DNA of 64,000 nt from Spirochaetaceae bacterium (GTDB lineage: Bacteria; Spirochaetota; Spirochaetia; DSM-27196; PWMO01). The stretch is taken from assembly GCA_007693325.1 (NCBI GenBank), contig REDW01000115.1, positions 61,057 to 125,056 on the forward strand, written 5' to 3'. Shown here piece after piece: positions 1 to 9,583 of the stretch (the stretch's first letter is position 1; every line of letters starts with the position of its first letter). Position numbers and translations under genes: made by a program. Below the pieces are notes generated by a model. It had not been told where the DNA came from. It searched no databases and saw only the letters and a program-made list of their open reading frames with translations.

Positions 1-183
1 CTGGGCTGCAGCGATATCGACTTTCATATTCCCAAGACCCGGGTTCAGGAATCTTCGCAGTTCATGCGTCAGATCGGAGCCGATGTCACCGAACGTCTCT
101 ACCCGGGAATGCCTCATACCGTGAACAGTGACGAGATAAGTTTTGTGCAGTCGGTCATGAAGAACGTAATCGATGCACCGTAG
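1..183 (+). CDS. 3' end of an alpha/beta-hydrolase (carboxylesterase/phospholipase-type) gene, truncated by the window edge
   Basis: Frame 1 is open from base 1 to TAG at 181-183. The translation ...DIDFHIPKTRVQESSQFMRQIGADVTERLYPGMPHTVNSDE... resembles the C-terminal Asp...YPGMxH catalytic-His loop of carboxylesterase/dienelactone-hydrolase-type enzymes. Confidence 0.45.
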   Translation: MGCSDIDFHIPKTRVQESSQFMRQIGADVTERLYPGMPHTVNSDEISFVQSVMKNVIDAP

Positions 184-246
184 TTGTGCGCTTCCTTGAC
201 CGCGGGCCGGAAATGCCGCTATAAAGGATGAGGAACGTTCAACTAG

Positions 247-1299
247 ATGCGCATACGATATACAACGTCGGTAAACGGCTCGGCAGTCCAACAGGCGGTC
301 ATCTACACTCTCGATGAACATCGGATTCCGATTGCAGACGTGGATCCGGACGCGCTCAAGATTATCCGCCGGCTGCGCGGGACCGGGCACAGCGCCTACA
401 TTGTAGGCGGTGCGGTGCGTGATCTGCTGCTCGGCAAGAAGCCCAAAGACTTCGATGTTGCCACCGACGCATCGCCTTCCAGGATCCGCAAGCTGTTCCG
501 TAACAGCCGGGTGATCGGTAAGCGGTTTCGCCTGGTGCACATCTACTTCCACGAGAAGATTATCGAGGTTTCGACGTTCCGCTCGGAGACCTCACAAGGG
601 TTTGACAACGTTTACGGCGCAATTGAAGAAGATGTACGCCGGCGCGACTTCACGGTTAACGCGCTGTTCTACTGTCCGGTTGAGCAGCAGCTACTGGACT
701 ACGTTGGCGGGTTCGGCGATCTGCAATCCCGGACTCTGCGGCCGCTGATACCGTTGGATCGCATCTTCAGCGAAGACTCGGTGCGCATGATCCGCGCCGT
801 CAAGTACGCGGTGACCGGCGGCCTTGGCATGACAGGTCCGCTGCGGCGTACAATCAGACGCTCGGTGGACCTGCTCGCCGGCTGTCCCTCCTCGCGCATG
901 ACCGAGGAAGTATTCAAAATCCTGCAATCCGGATATACGCGGCCGATCATCGAAGAGCTGCTGCGATACCGGTTGTTGCAGCACGTGGTACCGCAGATCA
1001 ACCGGGAACTGAAAGACAAGGCGTTCCGCCGCCTGTTTTTCGCCAGTCTGGAACGGCTCGATCAGCAGCGCGATACAGAAGAAGAACTCAAGCGATCGCG
1101 GGCGCTGGCCTATCTTTGTTGCGATTGGTTCTATACCCGCAGTGAACACGGCACGCTGGAGCGCATTCCGTTCAAAGAAGCGTTTGCTGAACTAAAGCAT
1201 TTCATCAGCCCGATAACACCTGCCAACAAGGATGTGCAGAAAACGCTGGTACAGCTGATCCGGCGCCGCAAACGCTACCGCGCCGAAGGGCAGATCTGA
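247..1299 (+). CDS. Polynucleotide adenylyltransferase family protein (poly(A) polymerase / CCA-adding enzyme class II)
   Basis: 350-aa ORF with the head-domain motif YIVGGAVRDLLLGKKPKDFDVATDA...RRDFTVNAL typical of PcnB/CCA nucleotidyltransferases. Confidence 0.85.
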   Translation: MRIRYTTSVNGSAVQQAVIYTLDEHRIPIADVDPDALKIIRRLRGTGHSAYIVGGAVRDLLLGKKPKDFDVATDASPSRIRKLFRNSRVIGKRFRLVHIYFHEKIIEVSTFRSETSQGFDNVYGAIEEDVRRRDFTVNALFYCPVEQQLLDYVGGFGDLQSRTLRPLIPLDRIFSEDSVRMIRAVKYAVTGGLGMTGPLRRTIRRSVDLLAGCPSSRMTEEVFKILQSGYTRPIIEELLRYRLLQHVVPQINRELKDKAFRRLFFASLERLDQQRDTEEELKRSRALAYLCCDWFYTRSEHGTLERIPFKEAFAELKHFISPITPANKDVQKTLVQLIRRRKRYRAEGQI

Positions 1300-1350
1300 G
1301 CCCGCCGTTGCCCTGCCTGTGCCGCAGCCGGTCAACAGAAGCCGGCGGTC

Positions 1351-2538
1351 TCAGCCGTCCATGCGTTGCAGCAGTTGTTCAACTCGGTCGCCAAAACGCT
1401 CCGGCTCCATGCTGGCGCTGCGTTGGAGGAACTCGGTAGCCTCCGTCCGGCGGTTTGCGGCGTAGGCGTTGACCCCCATAGCGTAGTAGGTCAGTGACTC
1501 GGTTGCGCCGCGCTCCATGGCCTGCCGGTAGTAGGCCTCCGCCACCGGGTGGTTGCCGCGCTCGAAGTTGATCAGGCCCAGGTAGTAGAAGGGGATATGG
1601 TTGCGGCCGTCGATAGCGGTGGCGGACACCAGCAGTTCCTCGGCTGTGTCATAATCACCCCGGTCATACGCCTCGATACCGTCGGTCACCAGCGTGGAAA
1701 ACGAGCGGCGGGAGTCGATATAGGCCACAAAAGCATCTACGAGATCGTCTTTGTCTATCCAGCTGAAGGCGCGTTGGTAGACCCGTTCAGTGTTCTGGCG
1801 CAGGCTGGCTTCGGGCCGCAGTGCGTTGATCGAATCCCACAGCAGGCGGTTGATGTCGCGGCGTTCGCTGTTGACCAGGAACGAGACCATGCCCCACGCC
1901 TGCGGGTAAAACAGCTCCAGGTTGGCGCGTGCGGTCTCAACGTCCATAACCAGTATTTCGTCGAGGTCAAGCGGCGTTACCCCGGCGCTGCCGTCCAGAA
2001 TTTCTTTCAGCGGGTCGAGCCACGCCAGGTTTTCGCGGTAGATGACGGTATGGAATTCATCGTCGTATTCAGCCTGCTCAAAGTAGACGGCGAACCCCTC
2101 GCGCAGCCAGAGCGGGGGATTGGGAATGAAGGTGCGCAGGTATTGAATGAAGTTCTGGTGTGTCAACGCGTAATCGAAGTCGGGAGCCGGCATATCGTAT
2201 GCTACCAGTTCGCTGCGTGCGGGGTCACTGTAGTGCAGGTAGACGAAGTCGTCGCGTTGCTCGCCGATGGTGTCGACAAGATAGCGGTCAAACTGTGCTT
2301 TATCGGCAAAGATGCGCACGAGCATCGGCCTCGCAAGGGTCCCGAGTTCGAAGCGGAAGTAGCGGTTGTAGAGCTGGATCAGAGCTTCCAGCCTGGAAGC
2401 CACTTCCGCGGCGTGTTCGTGGCCCACGTGGGATAAAACGCGGTAGTGATCGGTATACACCTCGCGAGCGGTCTCTGCAGCCGTTGGCACCGCGGCGACA
2501 AGCAGAAGCCCGATCACCAGCGTAATAGTCTGTTTCAT
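1351..2538 (-). CDS. Secreted DUF1570-like / TPR-containing protein
   Basis: I chose the ATG at 2538 (MKQTITLVIGLLLVAAVPTAA signal peptide) because a GGAGG lies just upstream on the minus strand. The C-terminal third is TPR-like (YDRGDYDTAEELL..., YYLGLINFERGNHPVAEAYYRQAME). The function is not recognised with certainty. Confidence 0.6.
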   Translation of the reverse strand: MKQTITLVIGLLLVAAVPTAAETAREVYTDHYRVLSHVGHEHAAEVASRLEALIQLYNRYFRFELGTLARPMLVRIFADKAQFDRYLVDTIGEQRDDFVYLHYSDPARSELVAYDMPAPDFDYALTHQNFIQYLRTFIPNPPLWLREGFAVYFEQAEYDDEFHTVIYRENLAWLDPLKEILDGSAGVTPLDLDEILVMDVETARANLELFYPQAWGMVSFLVNSERRDINRLLWDSINALRPEASLRQNTERVYQRAFSWIDKDDLVDAFVAYIDSRRSFSTLVTDGIEAYDRGDYDTAEELLVSATAIDGRNHIPFYYLGLINFERGNHPVAEAYYRQAMERGATESLTYYAMGVNAYAANRRTEATEFLQRSASMEPERFGDRVEQLLQRMDG

Positions 2539-2615
2539 GCGACCCTCCACCCGATATTCTGATCCTATCTTAGTTTGCCGCCGCGGCGCTGTCAAACCGT
2601 GGCAGCCGCAACGGT

Positions 2616-3497
2616 TCAGCGATCCGCACGCTGATCACGCTGTGAGATGGTATCCACCACGATATTGACCCGCCGGACCATGATCCCGGTGTACTTCTCC
2701 AGGTTCTCCACTACGTAGTTCTGCATCCCGTGAATGGTTCCCGACAGCTGGCTGCCGTAGGGTACGTCGAGGTAGACATCAAAGGTGTAACCGCGCGGCT
2801 CGTTCTTGACCGAGACTTTGCGAATCCGCGCTACCGATGAATACTCGTAGACACAGTGCATGATCATCTGGCTCAGAGCGGCCTCCGATATGGTGATTCT
2901 GCCCTTGCCACTGAAGTCCGGGCGTACAACGGCCTTCTCGAATACGTCATGACTCCGAAAGAGCCCGGCTCCCTTGCGAAACAGAATCTTGATCGAATCG
3001 GTCATCGCGCGCGGATAGTTGCGCCGCACTTCTATCGACGGTACCGGGATTACGTGTCCGCCCTGCACCTTGCGGTAGTTGATGGCGGTGTTGATCTCGT
3101 CGGCGGTAGCAATGTCTTCGATCTGGATGATCTTGGACGGCGACGGCAGCTGCAGGATGTCGGCAATCTTGAGGACCATGCGGTCGGACGTACCGATGAT
3201 CAGAATGCGCTTGAAGCGCTCGCGTTCGAGGGCCGCGCGCACCTGCTTGCGGTGCTCCTTATCGCTGAACAGCGCGGTCTTGACCGCAGTAAGATACGCC
3301 TTCTCGCGTTTGGCGGATCTGCCGGCAATGATCTTCTGATCGCGGATCAACAGCCCGTCGTCGATCAGCAGTTCGATTCCGTACTTCTGCATCACCAGCC
3401 GGGCACGAAAACTCTTGCCGGTTCCGCTCTTGCCAACCAGGGCAAAGACCCGTATGCCGCGAAAGCGCCAGATAAGCTGAGACAGCAGATGCTTCAT
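2616..3497 (-). CDS. P-loop NTPase fused to an Asp23/Gls24-like (alkaline shock protein) domain
   Basis: The N-terminus has Walker A ALVGKSGTGKSF and a Walker-B-like RILIIGTSD. The C-terminal ~110 aa (GRITISEAALSQMIMHCVYEYSSV...VYLDVPYGSQLSGTIHGMQNYVVENLEKYTGIMVRRVNIVVDTI) looks like an Asp23 fold. Its start overlaps the stop of the upstream gene by 4 nt. Confidence 0.7.
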   Translation of the reverse strand: MKHLLSQLIWRFRGIRVFALVGKSGTGKSFRARLVMQKYGIELLIDDGLLIRDQKIIAGRSAKREKAYLTAVKTALFSDKEHRKQVRAALERERFKRILIIGTSDRMVLKIADILQLPSPSKIIQIEDIATADEINTAINYRKVQGGHVIPVPSIEVRRNYPRAMTDSIKILFRKGAGLFRSHDVFEKAVVRPDFSGKGRITISEAALSQMIMHCVYEYSSVARIRKVSVKNEPRGYTFDVYLDVPYGSQLSGTIHGMQNYVVENLEKYTGIMVRRVNIVVDTISQRDQRADR

Positions 3498-4516
3498 GGG
3501 TTGCAGTGTAGTCGCTTCGGCGGTCCTTGCACAACTGCGGTTAAGCGGCTGACTGCCTCCAGACCGAGGAAGCGTTCGATGCGCTCGACCACAGATTGCT
3601 CGGGAGGGTCAATCAGGTAGCTGAAACCGAGCAGCGTGTCGCTGCTATCCAGCTCGATACTCAGCGCGTGCAGGATGTAGCCGCCGAGAAACGCACCCCC
3701 ACCGTACTTGGAGTCTCCGGCCAGCGGATAGCCTTCTGCGGCGGCGTGCGCGCGTATCTGGTGCGTCCGCCCCGAATGGATCTGACACAGCGCCAGCGTC
3801 AGGGCGTTCCCGCTGCGGTCGCCACCGTGAGCCAACGGTTGAACCAGGGTCTGCGCGGTAGCGCCGCTGATGCTGCCGTGCGAACGCTGCGTCTGCAAAT
3901 CACGCCGCAGCGGCCGGTTCCAGCACTGCGTGGTGCTGACGGTGCCGCAGAACAACCCTATGTAGCTCTTGGTTACCCGGCGCTGCTTGAGCATCTCGGA
4001 GAAGCGTTGAGCCCCCTGCAGGCTCTTGCCGAACAGGATCAGACCGGAGCTGTTGCGGTCCAGTCTATGCAGTGGCCCGGGGCGGAACGACAGTGACGGC
4101 GGCAATCTGCCTGACAGGTAGCGATTGACGGCATCGTTGAGCGATCCCTCGCCGTGTACCAGCGTGCCGCGGCGCTTGTGTAGCGCCAGGATGTTGCTGT
4201 TTTCCAGGATAATGCGCCCGTCAATCAACGGCTCCGACTGCGGCGGCGCATGATCCGTTTCGGCCTGATCTATCGGCCGCGCCTGCGGCAGAGCGAGGCT
4301 GATAACATCACCCTCCACGACGCGGTCGGAAGCTTTACAGCGCTTCTGGTTGCGGGTGATGTCACCGACACGCAACGCACGGTGCAACTGCGACAGCCCC
4401 AACTGCGGCAGCGCGCGGCGCACCACGCGGTCTATGCGGCGGCCGTTGTCGTCGGCACCGGCTTTGAGTTGGCGGATCGGACGGAGGGGCTGGTCGGTCA
4501 TGCGGTATTGTGTCAT
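3494..4516 (-). CDS. RluA-family pseudouridine synthase with N-terminal S4 domain
   Basis: Motifs HRLDRNSSGLILFGKS and GRTHQIRAH are present. The start is ambiguous (GTG 4522, ATG 4516 or ATG 4501). Confidence 0.85.
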   Translation of the reverse strand: MTQYRMTDQPLRPIRQLKAGADDNGRRIDRVVRRALPQLGLSQLHRALRVGDITRNQKRCKASDRVVEGDVISLALPQARPIDQAETDHAPPQSEPLIDGRIILENSNILALHKRRGTLVHGEGSLNDAVNRYLSGRLPPSLSFRPGPLHRLDRNSSGLILFGKSLQGAQRFSEMLKQRRVTKSYIGLFCGTVSTTQCWNRPLRRDLQTQRSHGSISGATAQTLVQPLAHGGDRSGNALTLALCQIHSGRTHQIRAHAAAEGYPLAGDSKYGGGAFLGGYILHALSIELDSSDTLLGFSYLIDPPEQSVVERIERFLGLEAVSRLTAVVQGPPKRLHCNP

Positions 4517-4528
4517 GAACACGCACGC

Positions 4529-4556
4529 TTGACAAATGGTGGCGGGCTTTTACAAT
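4529..4556 (+). promoter_or_regulatory. Sigma70-like promoter TTGACA-16 nt-TACAAT
   Basis: TTGACA at 4529-4534 and TACAAT at 4551-4556. The ATG of the next gene is at 4568, so the predicted 5' UTR is only a few nt long. Confidence 0.5.
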
Positions 4557-4567
4557 CTGAATGCATT

Positions 4568-5047
4568 ATGCAACCGGGTACCACCGCAGACCTGTACCGA
4601 TTACTACTCAGCCCCGTCTTCCTGTCGGCTTCGTTCAGCTGGCTGATTGCACAACTGCTGAAGGCGATCATCGAAGCCTTTCGCAACCGCATGCGTGGTT
4701 CGCGTGACTTTGCTGAGACCCTGCTGTGGAAAACCGGAGGTATGCCGTCGAGTCACTCGTCACTGGTAACGGCGCTCGCCACCTCGATCGGCTTCCGTTA
4801 CGGTCTGTCCGATCCGATGTTTGTGCTGGCGCTGTTCTACGGCATACTGATAATCCGCGACGCACTTGGTGTGCGTCGTGCGGCGGGGTTGCAGGCGCAG
4901 GCGCTCAACCGCCTGGGAATCGAGCTGCAACGCCGCCAGGAAGTTGAGTTCACGTTGGTCAAAGAGGTGCACGGGCACACGCCCAGTGAGGTATCGGTAG
5001 GGGTGCTGCTTGGGTTTTTCATCGCCGTCGCCTTCAGCATGCTGTAA
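4568..5047 (+). CDS. Divergent PAP2 family membrane protein (DUF212, acid phosphatase/vanadium-haloperoxidase-related)
   Basis: The real start is the internal ATG at 4568 of ORF 4250..5047. The motif GGMPSSHSSLVTALATSIG and the overall ~159-aa length are typical of DUF212. Confidence 0.8.
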   Translation: MQPGTTADLYRLLLSPVFLSASFSWLIAQLLKAIIEAFRNRMRGSRDFAETLLWKTGGMPSSHSSLVTALATSIGFRYGLSDPMFVLALFYGILIIRDALGVRRAAGLQAQALNRLGIELQRRQEVEFTLVKEVHGHTPSEVSVGVLLGFFIAVAFSML

Positions 5048-5071
5048 TTGTCCACAAGAGTAGTACGCTCT

Positions 5072-6592
5072 ATGAAACAGAACCAGAGCCAACCCTCAAC
5101 AGCAGCTCTGCTGGCGTTGTGCCTGCTCTACGCTGTGTCGTTGACGCTGTTCTTCCTGTTGCCGGCTCAACAGCGTCACGGGCGCATCTGGAGTGGGTAC
5201 TACCTGCTGCTGGTTGATCCCGAAGCCGACTGTGAACAGCTGGTCGAGCGGCTGAATGCCGCGCGGTTTGAGCGTGTGATAGCCGCCTGTACCGCTACAG
5301 TGGCGCTGAACAGGTTTGGATCGCTGGAGACTGTACCACTGCCGACAGTGGCGGCACGCCTGGACCCGGTAGACCCGCGACTGGATCCCTACATTCGATC
5401 CCTGCCGGATTGGTTCCGCACAACCTCAAACGGGCAGCCGGCGGCAATTGTGTACCTTGCCAGCGAGGAGAATCCCTGGCTGGCGTATCGTAGCCTGGCT
5501 GCTGCGCTGAACGACGATGGAACGTGGTGGCACTTCGCAGAGTGGGATCTGCAGGGGGCTCTGGTCTTCAGCGCCGTTTTTGGTCTGATCGCGCTGCTGT
5601 TGATCGTGCGCGGCCGCGGCTACCGCACGGCAGCGCTGGCGGCAGCGCTGCCGTGGCTGCCGTGGTTAGTCTTCGGCGGCTTGCCGGCTTTCGGTGTTGC
5701 AGTGAGCGTATACTGCTCAGCGGTTGGTACAATGGAAGTAGGGGCGCGTGCCGTGCGCGACCGTCGAAACGGTCCACTTTTAGCCGGGCTCGCGTGGCTG
5801 ACAATCGCGGTAGCGGTCAGCGTGCTGGTTTATCCCGGCGACGGCTTCTACGGTCGGTTGGCCGTGGTTGCAGGCAGCAGCGGCACTGCTGCTGCAGTGC
5901 TGGCACTGCTGCTGCTGCGTTGGCGCGATTATCGCCTCAGCGAGCATCGGCTGTTCACGCCGCTTCCGATCACGCGGACACGCCGCTGGCGCCGGATGGC
6001 TGCGCCCGGGGTGCTGCGTGCGGTGCTGGTGCTGGCGCTGGCAGCGCCGCTACTGTACGCGGTACTGCCGCAGCCCGAGGTGCCGCATTTGCCCGAACCA
6101 GAGCCGATTGACGGCGATCATCACAACTTTGAGACGCTGCATCGTCTTGCCGATCATCGCGCGGCCGGAGCACTGCCCAACCTGTCGGACTACGTGGCAC
6201 ATCGTGCGTTTCAGGAAGCGTTCATGTACCGGCGCGATTGGGGAGTACCGCAGCAGGATGAGGTTCTGACCCGACCGCGCTTTGTGCGCAATCAGACACA
6301 GCTGGAGCGCAGTGATGAAACAATAGTGGAGTACACCCGCGCGTGGCTCGATCGCGTGCTGCGGGAATCACCGCGCTACGGTGTTGAGGCTATTCTGTTG
6401 GCTCAGCCCGCTGCGGTTCAGGTTGTGCGGCGCCCAAAGACTAAGGTATACTTCGGGCGGTCTTTTCTGGCACGGCACGCTATACTTATGATCGTGGTTG
6501 CGGCACCTTATTTTGTCTACGCTGCTGCAGGACGACGGGCGAGCTATAGTGGTCGGGCCCTGTTGCAGAGGAGCAATCGGCACTACGCATGA
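5072..6592 (+). CDS. Polytopic membrane protein of unknown function
   Basis: 506 aa from ATG 5072 (TTG 5048 is also possible). It has several hydrophobic helices and no motif I recognise. Its stop overlaps the rnfC start (ATGA at 6589-6592). Confidence 0.6.
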   Translation: MKQNQSQPSTAALLALCLLYAVSLTLFFLLPAQQRHGRIWSGYYLLLVDPEADCEQLVERLNAARFERVIAACTATVALNRFGSLETVPLPTVAARLDPVDPRLDPYIRSLPDWFRTTSNGQPAAIVYLASEENPWLAYRSLAAALNDDGTWWHFAEWDLQGALVFSAVFGLIALLLIVRGRGYRTAALAAALPWLPWLVFGGLPAFGVAVSVYCSAVGTMEVGARAVRDRRNGPLLAGLAWLTIAVAVSVLVYPGDGFYGRLAVVAGSSGTAAAVLALLLLRWRDYRLSEHRLFTPLPITRTRRWRRMAAPGVLRAVLVLALAAPLLYAVLPQPEVPHLPEPEPIDGDHHNFETLHRLADHRAAGALPNLSDYVAHRAFQEAFMYRRDWGVPQQDEVLTRPRFVRNQTQLERSDETIVEYTRAWLDRVLRESPRYGVEAILLAQPAAVQVVRRPKTKVYFGRSFLARHAILMIVVAAPYFVYAAAGRRASYSGRALLQRSNRHYA

Positions 6593-7920
6593 TTACACTT
6601 CCAAGACGCCCCAGGGGTGGAGTGCACCCTGACAATCGTAAAGCTGTGACGCGTTCTCTGGCAATCCGCAACGCCGCGGTGCCTTCACGCTGCGTAGTTC
6701 CGCTGTTGCAGCACGCCGGTCCAGCTGCTGTGCCGGTTGTTCGCGTGGGAGATCGGGTCCGCGAGGGGATGCTGATCGGCCGGGCGGCGGATTCTACCGC
6801 TGCCAATGTTCACGCACCGGTTCCCGGGATGGTCAGCGGTACAACCACGCTGACGCTCGCCGATGAACGTAGCTGCGAAGCGTTCGTTATCGATCTGGAG
6901 GGTGAGTTCGATCGGCTGGGCAAGGTAGCCGAGCCAATCGACTGGCAACGCACGTCGGTGCGTGAGCTGTTGCGCGGGATTCGCGATAACGGCGTGGTCG
7001 GCATGAGCGGTTCAGGGAACGCTGTCCATCGCAAATTCAATCTGCCGCGCGCTGCAGAGATTGAGCACCTGATCGTTAACGGTATCGAGAACGAGCCGTA
7101 TCTCAGCGCCGACAACCGTTTGATGATTGAAATGACCGACGGAGTTCTGGAAGGAACACGGATTGCCGAGCGGATACTCCGACCGCAGCGTGTCACCATT
7201 GCGCTACAGAAAGACAGCACTCAAGCCATACGCAATCTGCGGCGCAGGATCCGCGAGCGCGGCCTGGATTACGCTGTACGCGCCCTGCCGGTGAACTACC
7301 CGCAGGGTGACGAACGGCTGCTGGCGCGTGCGATAGCCGGCCGCGAGGTTTCCGCTGAGCGCGAAACCAGCGAGATCGGTGTTATAGTTTCGAGTGTGGC
7401 AACCGTGTACGCCGTGTTTGAAGCGATTGTCTATCAGAAGCCGGTGATCGAACGCATTGTTACGCTATCCGGCGCCGCGCTACGATCGCCGGCCAATATC
7501 AAGGTTCGCATCGGTACACCAATTGCCGAGCTTATTGCCGAGTGCGGCGGGTTTGTTGAATCTCCGGAGAAGATAGTAGTCGGTGGTCCCATGATGGGCC
7601 ACACGATTATCGATGTGTCTACCCCGGTAACCAAGGCAACTACCGCCGTACTGGCATTGACCGCCACTGAAATCTATCACGGTGCAGAGACTGGTTGCAT
7701 CCGCTGCGGCCGCTGCGTGCGCGCTTGTCCGGTGGGGCTGGAGCCGACGTCGCTGTACAAAATGCTCGAACACGGCGAGCTCGATCAGGCGCAGGCTGCC
7801 GGATTGTTCGAGTGCATCGAGTGCGGTTGCTGTGGATTCATCTGTCCGGCGCATATACCCCTGGTAGACGGGCTCAAGAACGGTAAGCTGGCTGTAACAC
7901 GGCACGGGGGGCGGACGTGA
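6589..7920 (+). CDS. rnfC: Rnf electron-transport complex subunit C
   Basis: N-terminal GGVHP...PLLQHAGPAAVPVV...GD.V..G, plus two 4Fe-4S motifs, CIRCGRCVRACP and CIECGCCGFICP. Confidence 0.9.
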   Translation: MITLPRRPRGGVHPDNRKAVTRSLAIRNAAVPSRCVVPLLQHAGPAAVPVVRVGDRVREGMLIGRAADSTAANVHAPVPGMVSGTTTLTLADERSCEAFVIDLEGEFDRLGKVAEPIDWQRTSVRELLRGIRDNGVVGMSGSGNAVHRKFNLPRAAEIEHLIVNGIENEPYLSADNRLMIEMTDGVLEGTRIAERILRPQRVTIALQKDSTQAIRNLRRRIRERGLDYAVRALPVNYPQGDERLLARAIAGREVSAERETSEIGVIVSSVATVYAVFEAIVYQKPVIERIVTLSGAALRSPANIKVRIGTPIAELIAECGGFVESPEKIVVGGPMMGHTIIDVSTPVTKATTAVLALTATEIYHGAETGCIRCGRCVRACPVGLEPTSLYKMLEHGELDQAQAAGLFECIECGCCGFICPAHIPLVDGLKNGKLAVTRHGGRT

Positions 7921-9032
7921 GCAATCCCGAGACCCAGCGCAGCGGCCGACCGATGCTCGTCAAAACCGCCGCACCTCAGTACCATGAACGCCTGTCAACC
8001 CGCTCGCTCATGTGGAGCGTGACAGCGGCACTGCTGCCCGCCGCTATGTGGGGTATCTACGTTTATGGCTTACGGGCTCTGCTGGTGGTTCTGATGGCGG
8101 TGATTGCGTCGGCTATCACCGAAACGCTGATCAGCGGGTCACGCGAAACGCTGTCTGACGGCAGTGCGATTCTGACGGGTCTATTGCTCGGTATGATGCT
8201 GCCGCCGGCGGTTCCCTTCTACGTGGTCATTGCAGCCGCGGTCTTCGCAATTGGCGTGGCAAAATGGACCTTCGGTGGGTTGGGCCGCAACTGGATAAAT
8301 CCCGCTCTGGCCGGACGCGTGTTTGTCCATTTCTCCTGGACCGGCCCTATGACACGCTGGACCATGCCGCGGACTCTCGGCGCTGATTCTATAGCCGGCG
8401 CTACGCCGTTGTCAATCGTACAGAACGCCGTTCACGAAGGGCAGGCGCTGCTTGGTGGCCCGGTCGCCATTCTTTCCAGCAGTGGATTCCCGCGCAGCAC
8501 TCTCGACTCGGCCGTTACCGAGTGGCTCAATCTCAACATACTGACGCATATCGGAGTGCATCTTCCTGCCGGCTATGTTGATCCGTTTGTCGGTAACGTA
8601 CCGGGGGCAATCGGCGAAGGGTCGGCGTTGCTGTTACTGTTGGGAACGCTGCTGTTGTTCAGCAGACGCACGATCAGCTGGGAGATTCCAACCGCGTACT
8701 TTGCTGCGTTTGTCGGGTTATCGTGGATCGTTGGAGGGTTGCCCTACGGGGGCGCGGCGTTCTCCGGTGACGTGCTGTTTCAACTTGTCAGCGGCAGCGT
8801 CATAATGGTGATGTTCTACGTTGCCACCGACCCGGTGACCAGCCCGTTGACCGCCGCCGGCATGCTGGTCTTTGGAGCCGGCGCCGGTGCGCTGACCTTT
8901 GTCATCCGTGCTTACGGCGGCGCTGCCGAAGGGGCCGCGCTGGCGGTACTCTTCATGAACGCCTGTACACCGCTGATCAACCGCCTGACGCGTCCGCGGC
9001 GGCTCGGCGGCCGAAGAGGAAGGACCAGGTGA
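7917..9032 (+). CDS. rnfD: Rnf complex subunit D (NqrB-like)
   Basis: Polytopic membrane protein with the GATPLS flavinylation-region motif. It overlaps both neighbours by 4 nt. Confidence 0.9.
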   Translation: MSNPETQRSGRPMLVKTAAPQYHERLSTRSLMWSVTAALLPAAMWGIYVYGLRALLVVLMAVIASAITETLISGSRETLSDGSAILTGLLLGMMLPPAVPFYVVIAAAVFAIGVAKWTFGGLGRNWINPALAGRVFVHFSWTGPMTRWTMPRTLGADSIAGATPLSIVQNAVHEGQALLGGPVAILSSSGFPRSTLDSAVTEWLNLNILTHIGVHLPAGYVDPFVGNVPGAIGEGSALLLLLGTLLLFSRRTISWEIPTAYFAAFVGLSWIVGGLPYGGAAFSGDVLFQLVSGSVIMVMFYVATDPVTSPLTAAGMLVFGAGAGALTFVIRAYGGAAEGAALAVLFMNACTPLINRLTRPRRLGGRRGRTR

Positions 9033-9583
9033 CCCGTTTTCGCGTTTCCGCTGACACGGCGTGGCTGGCGATACTGGTCCTGACGGTAGTGTTATTGCTG
9101 TTTGTCGTGCAGCTGTTCAGTGTGCCCGAAGCGGCTCGTAGCCGGCGCCGGACGGTTGACCGAGCGGTGGCCGATCTTGCCGCTGACCGCACGGTCGGGC
9201 CGGCTACGCTGCTGGATCCGGGCACAGCTGCGGCCGGTGCGGCGCTGATAGCCTACTACGAGCTCGATAACGGGCAGGCCTACGTGATTCATCTGACCGT
9301 GGAGGGCCATCGCAGCCCAATGCAACTGCTGCTCGGGCTGCAGCGCAACGGCAACATCTTTGCGCTGCAAATGATAGAAAGCGGCGAACTGCTGTGGGCG
9401 ATTGCGAGAGCCCCGCGTTTTCTCGATCCGTTTATCGGCAGCGGGGCCGAGCGTCCGATCCCGCGTAGCGTGTCGCAGCTCGACTCTGACAGCTACGCTG
9501 CGGTCTCGGGCGCCAGTATGACCTTTGCTGCAATAGCTGACGCGCTGCTGCAGGCCAGTCGTTTTGTGGAGGAGCTGCCGTGA
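9029..9583 (+). CDS. rnfG: Rnf complex subunit G (FMN-binding)
   Basis: Single N-terminal TM helix and a C-terminal ...AVSGASMTF... motif (SGAT-type FMN attachment region, here SGAS). Position is between rnfD and rnfE. Confidence 0.8.
   Translation: MTRFRVSADTAWLAILVLTVVLLLFVVQLFSVPEAARSRRRTVDRAVADLAADRTVGPATLLDPGTAAAGAALIAYYELDNGQAYVIHLTVEGHRSPMQLLLGLQRNGNIFALQMIESGELLWAIARAPRFLDPFIGSGAERPIPRSVSQLDSDSYAAVSGASMTFAAIADALLQASRFVEELP

Noticed and set aside
1300-1350. Bidirectional terminator between the convergent nucleotidyltransferase and DUF1570-like genes.
   Set aside because: Only a 5-bp GCCGG/CCGGC stem without a T-run is present, which is too weak to report as a feature.
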